Shown in pieces: positions 1 to 9,962 of a stretch of DNA of 64,000 nt. Made by a program: the position numbers and the translations under genes. Within the stretch, counting starts at the first letter, position 1. Each line of letters opens with the position of its first letter. Source of the stretch: Alphaproteobacteria bacterium. Its GTDB lineage: Bacteria; Pseudomonadota; Alphaproteobacteria; UBA828. Where the stretch lies: positions 8,518 to 72,517 of the forward strand of contig SHWC01000004.1 in NCBI GenBank assembly GCA_009691045.1, given 5' to 3'. The notes below the pieces were generated by a model, which had not been told where the DNA came from, did not search any database, and was given only the letters and a program-made list of their open reading frames with translations.

Positions 1-383
1 TCGAAGCCTTCGAGAATGCCCAGAAAGTGCGTTTGGGCCAGACCATAACGCTCAACCGGCACGGCCAGCGCGATCGTCACCGGGTGGCGCGGCTCACCCC
101 GATAAAGCGCGGCGATTTCTTCCCGCCACGCATCGAGCAACGCGAGCGCCTCGGCCTGATCGGGAACCTCATCCGCCACATCGTCGGTCTCTCGACAAAA
201 CGCATAGAGCGCCAACATCGCCTCGCGCTTTGGTTTTGGCAGGAGCAGCATCGGCAACAGGAAGGACGAGCCCGAGCGCCGCGCGACCCGCGCCACATAA
301 GCCTTGGCATCGTCATAAGGCGGGATCGGCAAACCACGATCCGGCGCGGCAAGCGCGGCCGTCTCCGCCACGACGCTCACCAT
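1..383 (-). CDS. hpnD: Squalene/phytoene synthase family protein, HpnD-like presqualene diphosphate synthase. N-terminal part only; the gene runs off the left edge.
   Basis: Not in the ORF track because it is truncated. Hand translation from ATG (381-383) gives MVSVVAETAALAAPDRGLPIPPYDDAKAYVARVARRSGSSFLLPMLLLPKPKREAMLALYAFCRETDDVADE..., open to position 1. The SSF..LP and YAFCRxxDDxxD motifs are typical of head-to-head prenyl synthases. The start overlaps the hpnC stop. Confidence 0.75.
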   Translation of the reverse strand, partial: MVSVVAETAALAAPDRGLPIPPYDDAKAYVARVARRSGSSFLLPMLLLPKPKREAMLALYAFCRETDDVADEVPDQAEALALLDAWREEIAALYRGEPRHPVTIALAVPVERYGLAQTHFLGILEGF

Positions 384-1252
384 GATCTAATCACCGCTTT
401 GATGGCGAGCCAAAGCCAGACCGGCTTTGGTACTCTGACCGGACCGGCGACCGGGTCATTCCGCCGCAGACGCGCGCTCAAGGCCTTTGCCAATTCGATA
501 ATCAACGCGGTCTCAAGCCTCAAGCCGCGACGGCGGATCGTGCGCGGCGTGCGCTCGGCGCGGCGCAGCAACTCATCAACGCCATCGAGGCAGCGATCGA
601 TTGTCTGCCGCACGGCAGCGTTCGCCCGGGCCTGAGCCAGCTCCTCCACGCGCCCGCCCGCCGCGATGAGCCACGGCTCGGGCAAATAGACGCGGTTCAA
701 TTCGAGATAATCCTCTTTGCAATCCTGCAAATGATTGAGCACTTGAAGCGCCTTGCATAGCGCGTCCGACCCCTCGAAATCGGCGCTCGTTTCGCCATGA
801 ATATCCATCATCACGCGTCCGACCGAAGCCGCCGAACGCTGACAATAATCCATCAAGTCGGCCCAATCGCGATACCGTGCTTTGGTGGCGTCCTGAATGA
901 ACGCGGAGAGCAAATCGCGGCCATGGCGCGGTGAATTGCGGGTTTCGATCAAGCTTCGATGATAGGGCCGCGCCCAATCGGGCAATGCCGCCTCATCAAT
1001 GCCAAGCGCGGCCTGCGCGGCGGAGAGGCGACGCACTTTTTCATCCGCCGGAATGTTGTTGGCATCGGCGATATCGTCGCCATGGCGCGCGAAAACATAA
1101 AACGCATGTACATGCGGCCGGCATTCCTTGGGGATCAGAAAGGAGCCAACCGGAAAATTCTCGGTATTGGCGCGGATCAGCGCCTCGGCGTCATGATCAG
1201 CCGATGATCCGCTCGCCGACAACGGAACGCGTCGATCGACTTCCGCCGTCAC
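377..1252 (-). CDS. hpnC: Squalene synthase HpnC-like protein (squalene/phytoene synthase family)
   Basis: 291-aa ORF with an N-terminal ENFPVGS motif, YVFARHGDDIAD (Asp-rich motif) and a second Asp-rich region. The GTG start overlaps the dxr stop (GTGA). It is followed by the hpnD-like gene. Confidence 0.7.
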   Translation of the reverse strand: MTAEVDRRVPLSASGSSADHDAEALIRANTENFPVGSFLIPKECRPHVHAFYVFARHGDDIADANNIPADEKVRRLSAAQAALGIDEAALPDWARPYHRSLIETRNSPRHGRDLLSAFIQDATKARYRDWADLMDYCQRSAASVGRVMMDIHGETSADFEGSDALCKALQVLNHLQDCKEDYLELNRVYLPEPWLIAAGGRVEELAQARANAAVRQTIDRCLDGVDELLRRAERTPRTIRRRGLRLETALIIELAKALSARLRRNDPVAGPVRVPKPVWLWLAIKAVIRSW

Positions 1253-2448
1253 ATCAAGGTCCCGGCGACCCGGCGTGCCTCGGCATCCAGGGTATGAACA
1301 TCGGCTAGAGTGTCGATCGACTGATGGGGGATGGCCTCAAGGCATTGCTCGACGATGCGTGTGATATCGAGAAAGCCAATCCGCCGATCGAGGAACCCAC
1401 GCACCGCGATTTCGTTCGCGGCATTCAGAATGACCGGCGCCGAGCCGCCATCGTCCAACGCCTCGCGTGCCAGACGAAGTGCTGGGAACCGCTGCTCATC
1501 GGGGGCCTCGAAACTGAGCGTGCCAATACGCGCGAGATCAAGCCTTGGCGATGGCGAGGCGATGCGATCCGGCCAGGCCAAGGTATAGGCGATCGGTGTG
1601 CGCATATCGGGCGAACCCATTTGCGCCAACACGGAACCGTCGACATAGGCGACCATTGAATGAATGACCGATTGGGGATGCACCACCACCTCGATCTGAT
1701 CGGTCCGCACCGGAAACAAATGATAGGCCTCGATCATCTCGAGGCCCTTGTTCATCATCGTCGCGGAATCGACCGAAATCTTGGCGCCCATGTCCCAATT
1801 GGGATGCGCGACCGCTTGGGCCGGCGTGGCGCCCGCCATGAATTGCAATTCGGCGGTACGGAACGGCCCACCTGAGGCGGTAAGAATAATTTTCTCAACG
1901 CGCTCGGGCCGCGCGAAATCGAACACTTGGAAAATCGCGTTATGCTCGGAATCGACCGGCAATAGCGTCGCGCCATGGCTCCTTACCTCATCGACCATGA
2001 GCGAGCCGGCGCAGACCAGGCATTCCTTATTGGCGAGCGCCACGATCGCGCCGCGCCTGACCGCCGCCAAAGTCGGCGCCAAGCCGGCGGCCCCAACGAT
2101 CCCCGCCATTACCCAATCGGACGGCAAGGACGCGGCTTCAACCAACCCCTCCGCGCCTGCGGCAACCTTTATGCCGGTGCCGGCCAAGGCCGCCTTCAAA
2201 TCGCGGTAGCGATGCTCATCGCCCGTGACCGCCAGGCACGCGTTCAAACGCTTGGCCTGCGTGGCCAGCAGATCGATATTGCCATAGGCGCTCAGCGCCT
2301 CGACCCGATAGCGACCGGGATTGCGCTCAACCAAGTCGATTGTGTTACAGCCGATCGACCCGGTCGACCCAAGGATGGTCACGCTGCGCGGCTCAACGCC
2401 GACAGCCGTGATCGCCTCCGCTGCGCGTTCGGCAGGTCTCGCCATCAA
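1249..2448 (-). CDS. dxr: 1-deoxy-D-xylulose 5-phosphate reductoisomerase
   Basis: 399 aa. It has ILGSTGSIG (NADPH-binding), LANKE, PVDSEH and NKGLE motifs along its full length. Confidence 0.95.
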   Translation of the reverse strand: MMARPAERAAEAITAVGVEPRSVTILGSTGSIGCNTIDLVERNPGRYRVEALSAYGNIDLLATQAKRLNACLAVTGDEHRYRDLKAALAGTGIKVAAGAEGLVEAASLPSDWVMAGIVGAAGLAPTLAAVRRGAIVALANKECLVCAGSLMVDEVRSHGATLLPVDSEHNAIFQVFDFARPERVEKIILTASGGPFRTAELQFMAGATPAQAVAHPNWDMGAKISVDSATMMNKGLEMIEAYHLFPVRTDQIEVVVHPQSVIHSMVAYVDGSVLAQMGSPDMRTPIAYTLAWPDRIASPSPRLDLARIGTLSFEAPDEQRFPALRLAREALDDGGSAPVILNAANEIAVRGFLDRRIGFLDITRIVEQCLEAIPHQSIDTLADVHTLDAEARRVAGTLM

Positions 2449-2593
2449 CTATGTCCCGATCCGGTTCCCCGCCCCACCGACGCCGGTCCCCTTATGATCC
2501 GTGCGTCAGACTCTAGAGCAGTGGGGCTAGTATCCCCAACGCCCTGTATCCGAGGCAACAGCAAAAAACGTTGTTTATAATCGGGCACTTGGC

Positions 2594-5500
2594 CTAGGCG
2601 GCTAGGCCTGCGATCTGTTCCAAGAGCTTTTCGATGCCGCCAACGCGCTCATTGAGCCGACTCCAATCGCGCGGCGCCACCAATTTGCTATCCGGCCTTA
2701 AGCGCAAACCATGCTCCGGCTTAGAGACATAGGCGATCAGCTTTTCCGGCGCGGCGAAGCGGTCATTGCGGAAGCTGAGCACCGCCCCCTTCGGACCGGC
2801 ATCGACGCGCGAAATCCCGGCGCGCCGGCAGATCCGCTTGATCGCAATGATCTTGAGAAGGTGTAGCACCTCGTCGGGCGGCGGGCCAAATCGGTCGGTC
2901 AATTCATCGAGGCAGGCGTCGATTTCAGACCGGTCCTCCAGGTGCGATAGGCGGCGGTAGAGATTGAGCCGCACATCCAGATCCGTCACATAGGTTTCGG
3001 GGATGAGAACCGCCGCACCGAGCGCGATATGGGGCGACCATGCGGTCTCGGCCATTTCGGCGGCGGCCCCACCGCGTGCGGACCTAACCGCCTCCTCTAG
3101 CATTTGCTGGTAGAGCTCGATCCCGACCTCACGAATATGGCCGGATTGTTCGGCCCCCAACAGATTGCCCGCGCCGCGAATATCGAGATCGTGGCTCGCC
3201 AACGCGAAGCCGGCCCCCAGCGTATCCAGCCGGTGGATTACATCGAGCCGCTTCAACGCCGCCTCGGTCAGCCGATGATTGGGCTGCAAAGTGAAATAGG
3301 CATAAGCGCGTACCTTTGCCCGGCCGATGCGCCCCCTCAACTGATAGAGCTGGGCCAGCCCAAACATATCGGCCCGATGCACGATCAGCGTATTGGCGCG
3401 CGGCAGATCGAGGCCCGATTCGACGATGGCGGTCGAGACCAGCACATCGAACGCGCCGTCATAAAAGGCCGACATGACTTTCTCGAGCGCGACCGCGCCC
3501 ATTTGGCCGTGCGCCAACCCGATTTTCACTTCGGGCACCAGCGCGCGGAGCCGCGCCGCCACATCGTCGAGATCGGCCACGCGCGGACACACGTAAAAGC
3601 TCTGCCCGCCCCTGAAATGCTCGCGCATGATGCCCTCGCGCAGCACGACAGGATCGAACGGCAGGATGAAGGTGCGCACCGCCAGGCGATCGACCGGCGG
3701 CGTTGAGATCACGCTCATGTCGCGCACGCCACTCAAGGCCAATTGGAGCGTGCGCGGAATGGGCGTCGCGGTCAGCGTCAAGACATGGAGATTGGCCTTG
3801 AGCTGCTTCAAGCGTTCCTTGTGGGTAACGCCGAAATGCTGCTCCTCGTCGACCACAATGAGCGCCAGACGATCGAATTGGATCCCTTGAGCCAGCAGCG
3901 CGTGCGTCCCGATCACGATATCGACGGTGCCGGCGGCCAGCTCACGCTTCACGATCGCCGCGTCCTTGGCCGGCACGAGCCGCGAAAGCTGCGCGATGCG
4001 GAAGGGCAGACCCTCGAAGCGTGACTTGAAGGTCGCGAAATGCTGGCGCGCCAATAGTGTGGTCGGCGCCAACACCGCAACCTGCCGCCCGCTCGCCGCA
4101 ACCACATAGGCGGCGCGCAACGCGACCTCAGTCTTGCCAAAGCCGACATCGCCGCAAATCAAGCGGTCCATCGGCCGGCCCGAGGCGAGATCGGCCAGAC
4201 TATCCTCGATCGCCCTGGCCTGATCCTCGGTCTCGCTATAGGGGAAGCGCGCGGCAAAGGCGTCATAGTCGGCCTCGGCCGGATCGAAACGATCGGACGG
4301 CCGCACCAACCGCTCGGCCGCGATCTTGATCAGCTCATTGGCCATTTCAAGAATGCGTTTTTTCAGCCGCGCCTTGCGGGCCTGCCAATGCGCGCCGCCC
4401 AATTTATCGAGCTCGACCGGCTGATCGGCCGAGCCATAGCGCGACAGGAGCTCGATATTCTCGACCGGCAAAAAGAGCCGATCGTCGTCGCGATAATAGA
4501 GCTTCAGACAATCATGTGGTGCGCCATCGACCGCGATGGTCTCGAGCCCCATATAGCGCCCGATGCCATGATCGCTATGAACGACGAGATCGCCCTCTTT
4601 GAGCTCGGTCGCATCGGCGAGAAAATGCTCGGCGCGCACTTTTCGTTTGGGCGCCGCGCGGCTGAGCCGCTCGCCCAGAATATCTTGCTCCGCAAGCAAA
4701 GAGAGATCGCCCGCGACGAAACCATGTTCGATCGGCAGCACGGCGAGCCCAATTTCGCCGGCGGGACGCGCGTTGCATTCGGGACAATTGTCGACCGGCG
4801 TCAGCCGATCGAGCCCATGCTCGGCAAGCAAGCGGCGCAACCGTTCGCGACTGCCCGCGCTAACACAGGCCACCACCACGCGCCGCCCCTCGCCGCGCTC
4901 GGTATCGATATGACCGCGCACGACGTCGAAGAGCGCCGTTTGGCCGCCCACGCGTTCAGCCGAAAAATCGCGCGCGCGGCGGCCCCAGGCCTCGATCGCG
5001 TTGATGCCATCGGCATCCGCCACGCGAAAGCTCGAGAACTGACCAACAGCGCGCCCGGACAGCGCCTTCTCCCAATCTACTTTATCGAGAAACATCTTCG
5101 CCGGCGGGATCGGCTTGTAGTCCGCCTCCATCGACGTTGCAGGCGCGCTTGCCCGTGCGTCATAAAAATCGCTAATCGCCTCAAGCCGCCGATCGCGCGC
5201 GTCATCGGCCTGGTGATCGAGCGCAACGGGCGCACCGGGCACATAGTCGAACAGCGTGTCGAGCCGTTCGTGAAACAAGGGCAGCCAATGTTCCATGCCG
5301 GCTTGATGGCGGCCCGCGCTGATCGCCTCGAACAATTGATCGTCGCCGCTGACCGCGCCGAACAAAACACGATAGCCCGCCCGAAAACGTGCGATCGCCT
5401 CGGGCGTCAACAACACCTCGCTGACCGGCGAGAGTGTGATCGCGTTCAGGGTCGCGGCGCTTCGTTGCGTCATGGCATCAAACCGTCGGATCGCTTCGAC

Positions 5501-6088
5501 CGTATCGCCAAATAGATCGAGCCTGACCGGCTCATCGGCGCCAGAGGGAAAAATATCGACAATGCCGCCGCGCAACGCGTATTCGCCCGCCTCCATCACC
5601 GTACCGGTCGCGACATAGCCATTGGCCTCAAGGAACCCGGCCAGCCGTTCACGCGAGATCGTCGCGCCAACCGCAACGGTCAACGAGGCATTGGCCAACA
5701 TGGCGCGCGGCGGCACGCGTTGGAGCACCGCGTTGATCGTGGTCAACACGATGTGCGCGTTGGCGCTTGGCGCGGGCGCCGCCAGCTGCACCAAGGCCGC
5801 CATGCGTTGGCTGACGATATCCGGACGTGGCGAGGCGCGGTCATAGGGCAGGCAATCCCAGGCCGGCACCACAATTTGTTCGAGCGAGGGCGCGAAAAAA
5901 CGCAAGGCCTCGGCCACCCGCGAGAGCCGCGCATCATCGCAGGCGATGTAGAGAATCGGCGTCGGTGCGGCAAACACCGCGACCTCAGCCAACAGGCGCG
6001 CATCGAGCCCTTCGGGCACGCCGGTAATGACAGCGCGTCCAACCCGGCCGAACGGCGCGGCAAGCAAGGGGAGCTCAGCCACGATCAA
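2594..6088 (-). CDS. mfd: Transcription-repair coupling factor Mfd. The start is probably the TTG/GTG at about 6080-6088, not the ORF-track start at 6178.
   Basis: It has a UvrB-like N-terminal region, a CarD/TRCF domain (GDLVVHSDHGIGRY) and DEAD/helicase motifs (GDVGFGKTEVA, DEEQHFG, TATPIPRT, QLRGRIGR). The long ORF would overlap sdhE by 94 nt. The sdhE stop TGA overlaps a TTG and is followed by GTG in the mfd frame. Confidence 0.93.
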   Translation of the reverse strand: MIVAELPLLAAPFGRVGRAVITGVPEGLDARLLAEVAVFAAPTPILYIACDDARLSRVAEALRFFAPSLEQIVVPAWDCLPYDRASPRPDIVSQRMAALVQLAAPAPSANAHIVLTTINAVLQRVPPRAMLANASLTVAVGATISRERLAGFLEANGYVATGTVMEAGEYALRGGIVDIFPSGADEPVRLDLFGDTVEAIRRFDAMTQRSAATLNAITLSPVSEVLLTPEAIARFRAGYRVLFGAVSGDDQLFEAISAGRHQAGMEHWLPLFHERLDTLFDYVPGAPVALDHQADDARDRRLEAISDFYDARASAPATSMEADYKPIPPAKMFLDKVDWEKALSGRAVGQFSSFRVADADGINAIEAWGRRARDFSAERVGGQTALFDVVRGHIDTERGEGRRVVVACVSAGSRERLRRLLAEHGLDRLTPVDNCPECNARPAGEIGLAVLPIEHGFVAGDLSLLAEQDILGERLSRAAPKRKVRAEHFLADATELKEGDLVVHSDHGIGRYMGLETIAVDGAPHDCLKLYYRDDDRLFLPVENIELLSRYGSADQPVELDKLGGAHWQARKARLKKRILEMANELIKIAAERLVRPSDRFDPAEADYDAFAARFPYSETEDQARAIEDSLADLASGRPMDRLICGDVGFGKTEVALRAAYVVAASGRQVAVLAPTTLLARQHFATFKSRFEGLPFRIAQLSRLVPAKDAAIVKRELAAGTVDIVIGTHALLAQGIQFDRLALIVVDEEQHFGVTHKERLKQLKANLHVLTLTATPIPRTLQLALSGVRDMSVISTPPVDRLAVRTFILPFDPVVLREGIMREHFRGGQSFYVCPRVADLDDVAARLRALVPEVKIGLAHGQMGAVALEKVMSAFYDGAFDVLVSTAIVESGLDLPRANTLIVHRADMFGLAQLYQLRGRIGRAKVRAYAYFTLQPNHRLTEAALKRLDVIHRLDTLGAGFALASHDLDIRGAGNLLGAEQSGHIREVGIELYQQMLEEAVRSARGGAAAEMAETAWSPHIALGAAVLIPETYVTDLDVRLNLYRRLSHLEDRSEIDACLDELTDRFGPPPDEVLHLLKIIAIKRICRRAGISRVDAGPKGAVLSFRNDRFAAPEKLIAYVSKPEHGLRLRPDSKLVAPRDWSRLNERVGGIEKLLEQIAGLAA

Positions 6089-6366
6089 CCCTGATGGCGG
6101 TCGCGCACATAGGCGATCAGCGCGCTCATGGCCGGCGTTGAGAATTCCGGCGGCACCGGCGCGCGTTCGGTGATCCAATCCAGAATGTCGCGGTCGTCAT
6201 TGGTGGCGAGCAGGCGCTCAAGCTCGCCGACCCGCGCCTCGTCGAGCCGATCGAGGCGCGCCTCGACGAACCCGCCGAATAGAATATCGGTCTCCCGCGT
6301 GCCGGTGTGGCTCGTGCGGAAGCGAAGCCGCTGCCGGCGTGTATCGAGGTTATGCATGGTGTTCAT
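6085..6366 (-). CDS. sdhE: FAD assembly factor SdhE (succinate dehydrogenase assembly factor 2, DUF339)
   Basis: 93 aa. It has the RLRFRTSHTGTRETDILFGGF...DILDWI pattern typical of the SdhE/YgfY family, and sits in the conserved position upstream of mfd. Confidence 0.8.
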   Translation of the reverse strand: MNTMHNLDTRRQRLRFRTSHTGTRETDILFGGFVEARLDRLDEARVGELERLLATNDDRDILDWITERAPVPPEFSTPAMSALIAYVRDRHQG

Positions 6367-6382
6367 GGTGGGATCGCCCGGC

Positions 6383-6401
6383 CGGCATCATAAGGATGCC
6401 G
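6383..6401. promoter_or_regulatory. 7-bp palindrome in the sdhE/recG divergent spacer
   Basis: CGGCATC-ATAAG-GATGCCG. It may be an operator or a chance match. Confidence 0.2.
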
Positions 6402-6470
6402 TCTCGCGCGCGCCAGCGCCCGTTCGAGCCCCTGTTGGCAGCGCCTTGGGCGGCTTGTAGGGTCGCGTCC

Positions 6471-8552
6471 ATGCGCCCCACTGTACTCAACCCCCTTTAT
6501 GCCCCGATCTCAACGCTGCAAGGCGTCGGGCCGAAAGTCGGCCGTTTGATCGAACGTGTGGCCGGGCCGAACGTGGTTGACCTCTTATGGCATGTGCCGA
6601 CCGGCATTATCGACCGCCGGCTCGCGCCAAAAATCGCGGTCGCGCCGATCGGCACCACGGTGACCCTCACGGTGCGTGTCGATGAACACCGGGCGCCGCG
6701 CAATCCGCGTTTGCCTTATAAGGTCCGCTGTTCGGACGAGACCGGTTCCATCGACTTGGTCTTTTTCCGTGTGCACGGCGATTATGTCGAGAAGGCCTTG
6801 CCGATCGACCGCGTGCGTGTCGTGAGCGGGCGCATCGAGCGTTATGGAGATGCGCTGCAAATGCCGCATCCGGATTACATCGTGCCGCTTGAAGAGGCGG
6901 CGACGTTGCCCACCATCGAGCCGGTCTATGGCTTGACCGAGGGGCTCAACCTCAAGGTCATGGCGAAGGCGGTGCGGGGCGCGCTCGCCCGTGCACCCGA
7001 TACACCGGAATGGCACGATGCGGCGCTGCTCGCGCGCGAGGGCTGGCCCGCTTGGAAGGCCGCGCTCCTCGCCGTTCATCGGCCCGAGAGGATGGATGCC
7101 TTGGGGCTTGAGACCTTTGCTCGGCGGCGCCTTGCCTATGACGAGTTATTGGCCAATCAACTCGCTCTAGCTTTAATGCGTGCACGCGTACGCCGCGCGC
7201 GTGGTCGAAGCCTCAAGGGCGACGGGCGCTTACGCGCCTTGGTCGCGGCCGCTTTGCCCTACACGCTGACCGGCGCGCAAAAAACCGCGATCCAGGAGAT
7301 CGAGACCGACCTCGTGCAACCCCATCGCATGTTGCGGCTCTTGCAGGGCGATGTCGGTAGCGGCAAGACCGTGGTCGCGCTGTTCGCCATGCTGATCGCC
7401 ATCGAGGCGGGCGCTCAGGCGGCTTTGATGGCGCCGACCGAAATCCTCGCCCGCCAACATATGAAGACGCTGGAACCCTTCGCCGAGGCGGCCGGCATAA
7501 AACTCGTCGCGGTACTCGGGCGCGAGCGTGGCCGGGGTCGTGCCGAAGCGCTCGCGCGGCTGGCCGATGGCAGTGCCGACATCGCGATCGGGACCCATGC
7601 GCTGATCGAGGAAGAGGTCACCTTCCGCGATCTCGCGCTCGTCGTGATCGATGAACAACATCGCTTCGGCGTGCATCAACGCCTGATGCTGGGCGCCAAG
7701 GGTAGCGCGGTCGATGTGTTGGTGATGACCGCAACGCCCATTCCGCGCACGCTGACGCTGACCGCCTATGGCGATATGGACGTCTCACGGCTGACCGAAC
7801 GCCCGGCCGGTCGCCTGCCGATCGACACCCGTGTCGTACCGCTCGACCGGCTCGACGAAATCGTCGCGCACGCCAAGCAGGCGATCACCCAAGGAGCGCG
7901 CATTTATTGGGTTTGCCCGCTGGTTGAGGAATCTGAGCTGATCGACCTCGCGGCGGCAGCTGAGCGTCACGCGGCCTTGCGCCAGATCTTCGGCGAGCGG
8001 GTCGGGCTGGTCCATGGCCGAATGAAATCGAGCGAGAAGGACGCCGCCATGGCCGCCTTCGCGGCTGGCACGATCGACCTGTTGGTCGCCACCACCGTGA
8101 TCGAGGTTGGCATCGATGTCCCCGAAGCGAGCATCATCATTGTCGAGCATGCCGAGCGCTTCGGCCTGGCCCAACTTCACCAATTGCGCGGTCGGGTTGG
8201 GCGCGGCGCGCGGCAGAGCCATTGCGTCTTACTTTATGCCGCACCGCTTGGCGAAACCGCACGCGCGCGGCTGCGCATCATGCGCGAAACCGATGACGGC
8301 TTTCGGATTGCCGAAGAAGATTTGCGCTTGCGTGGCGCGGGCGAGCTTTTGGGCACGCGCCAAAGTGGCCTACCCGCCTTCAAACTCGCCGATCTCGCCG
8401 CCCACAGCGAACTCCTAGCGATGGCGCGCGATGACGCCCGCCTCGTGCTCGACCGTGATCCAACCCTGACCGGCAAGCGCGGCGAGGCGCTCAGGCTCCT
8501 GCTCTATTTGTTTGAACGCGACGCGGCGGTGCGCCTAATCGCCTCGGGCTAA
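6471..8552 (+). CDS. recG: ATP-dependent DNA helicase RecG
   Basis: It has helicase motifs GDVGSGKTVVA, DEQHRFGV, TATPIPRT and QLRGRVGRG, plus an N-terminal wedge region. I chose the ATG at 6471 (MRPTVLNPLYAPISTLQGVGPK). The ORF-track start at 6339 would overlap sdhE. Confidence 0.93.
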   Translation: MRPTVLNPLYAPISTLQGVGPKVGRLIERVAGPNVVDLLWHVPTGIIDRRLAPKIAVAPIGTTVTLTVRVDEHRAPRNPRLPYKVRCSDETGSIDLVFFRVHGDYVEKALPIDRVRVVSGRIERYGDALQMPHPDYIVPLEEAATLPTIEPVYGLTEGLNLKVMAKAVRGALARAPDTPEWHDAALLAREGWPAWKAALLAVHRPERMDALGLETFARRRLAYDELLANQLALALMRARVRRARGRSLKGDGRLRALVAAALPYTLTGAQKTAIQEIETDLVQPHRMLRLLQGDVGSGKTVVALFAMLIAIEAGAQAALMAPTEILARQHMKTLEPFAEAAGIKLVAVLGRERGRGRAEALARLADGSADIAIGTHALIEEEVTFRDLALVVIDEQHRFGVHQRLMLGAKGSAVDVLVMTATPIPRTLTLTAYGDMDVSRLTERPAGRLPIDTRVVPLDRLDEIVAHAKQAITQGARIYWVCPLVEESELIDLAAAAERHAALRQIFGERVGLVHGRMKSSEKDAAMAAFAAGTIDLLVATTVIEVGIDVPEASIIIVEHAERFGLAQLHQLRGRVGRGARQSHCVLLYAAPLGETARARLRIMRETDDGFRIAEEDLRLRGAGELLGTRQSGLPAFKLADLAAHSELLAMARDDARLVLDRDPTLTGKRGEALRLLLYLFERDAAVRLIASG

Positions 8553-9295
8553 CCGAGCCGCTGTGGCGGCAAGCCGCCCTCGGTTGGGTGCGGTTCGCCA
8601 TGCGGCTTCTTTGGGTGCTTCTTGGCAACCTCATCGGCGCTACTCACAATGCCACCCGAGATCACCAATTTAATGCCCTCTTCCACATGCATCTTCAGGC
8701 GAATTAGTTCGGCCTCGTGCACCACCAGCAGAAATCCTGACGTCGGGTTGGGTGAGGTAGGCACGAAGACAAAGACCGTATCTTCGCCGAGGTGTTCGCG
8801 GATTTCCGGCTTGGGTTTTGAGGTGATGAACCCGAGCGTCCAGGTGCCCTTGCGCGGATATTCGATCAGCACAACCTCGTGGAACGCGGTCGAGGATTGC
8901 GCCAATACGGCATCGAACACCTGTTTCAATAGGCCATAGATTGTGCGGACAACCGGGACATGAGCCAAGAAGCGTTCGCCCAATCGAACAAACCACCGCC
9001 CAAGGAAATTGGTGACGAAGAACCCGATGAGCGTAATGACGATGAGAAGAATCAGAACGCCGAGGCCCGGCACACTGTGCGAAAGATAGCGTTCTGGCGT
9101 ATAGGCTTCCGGAATCAGCGGTATGACACTGGTGTCGACATAATCGACGAAGCTGTAGATCAACCACGCGGTGATGCCAACGGGCGCCGTGACCAGCACG
9201 CCCGCCAGGAAATAATTGCGCACGCGCGTCAGCAGACCCCGCTTACGCGGTGGGAGCGGGGCACCAGGCGGCGTGGCGGTCGGCGTTCCAATCAT
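8549..9295 (-). CDS. DUF502 domain-containing membrane protein
   Basis: 248 aa. It has two N-terminal TM helices, then VVLIEYPRKGTWTLGF and VFVPTSPNPTSGFLLVV motifs characteristic of DUF502. Confidence 0.8.
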   Translation of the reverse strand: MIGTPTATPPGAPLPPRKRGLLTRVRNYFLAGVLVTAPVGITAWLIYSFVDYVDTSVIPLIPEAYTPERYLSHSVPGLGVLILLIVITLIGFFVTNFLGRWFVRLGERFLAHVPVVRTIYGLLKQVFDAVLAQSSTAFHEVVLIEYPRKGTWTLGFITSKPKPEIREHLGEDTVFVFVPTSPNPTSGFLLVVHEAELIRLKMHVEEGIKLVISGGIVSSADEVAKKHPKKPHGEPHPTEGGLPPQRLG

Positions 9296-9446
9296 GCGTG
9301 GTCCGGGCTCTCAATAGCGGTTCTCTCCCCAGTATACACAGGGGGATCTGCCAACGCATGAACCCCTTGGGGTCTTCCCCGCGCTCGCCGCACCCCCCAT
9401 AGTGAGCTAAAGTTATTGTTCGCCTTTTTTCACGACCGGACCAACC

Positions 9447-9962
9447 ATGAGCCTTATCGCCTGGATTATTCTTGCCGCCGTGGTGGCTGAGCGTTTGGCC
9501 GAGCTTGGCTGGTCGGCCCGCAATGAACGGCGCCTCCGCGCCCTTGGCGGCGTCGAACATGGCCGCGGGCATTATTTTTTGTTTCCACTGCTTCATGGCG
9601 CCTGGCTATTGGCGCTCGCGATCCACATCGCTTTCGAAGCCCGCATCGATGTGATCTGGCCATTGATCGGGGTTTATGGCCTGCTCCAGCTCGGACGTGG
9701 CTGGGTGCTATGGGCACTTGGTGAACGCTGGACGAGCCGGATCATTGTTTTGCCGGGCCGGAGCCTGGTGCGGCGCGGCCCCTTTCGGCTCATGCGCCAC
9801 CCCAATTATTTGATCGTGGCGCTCGAACTCGCAATTCTGCCGCTTGCCCTTGAGGCCTGGCCAATCGCCGTGGTCGCGACCGCCTTCAACCTCGCACTGT
9901 TGGCCTACAGAATTCGCATCGAGGATCGCGCGCTCTTAGCAAGTCAAGGCTCGACGACATAA
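9447..9962 (+). CDS. Isoprenylcysteine carboxyl methyltransferase (ICMT)-family membrane protein
   Basis: 171 aa and polytopic. The C-terminal GPFRLMRHPNYL...E motif is typical of the ICMT/PEMT-like methyltransferase fold. Confidence 0.7.
   Translation: MSLIAWIILAAVVAERLAELGWSARNERRLRALGGVEHGRGHYFLFPLLHGAWLLALAIHIAFEARIDVIWPLIGVYGLLQLGRGWVLWALGERWTSRIIVLPGRSLVRRGPFRLMRHPNYLIVALELAILPLALEAWPIAVVATAFNLALLAYRIRIEDRALLASQGSTT

Noticed and set aside
2449-2593. The mfd-dxr spacer as a terminator or promoter (AACAACGTTTTTTGCTGTTG, TATAAA)
   Set aside because: The complementarity is only about 4 bp, and the promoter hexamers are not convincing.
4388-5515. 375-aa plus-strand ORF inside mfd. Similar cases lie opposite mccB (24228-25268), the ivd/mgtE region (34510-35394) and secY (55262-56215).
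   Set aside because: All are antisense shadow ORFs with biased composition and no recognisable domains.
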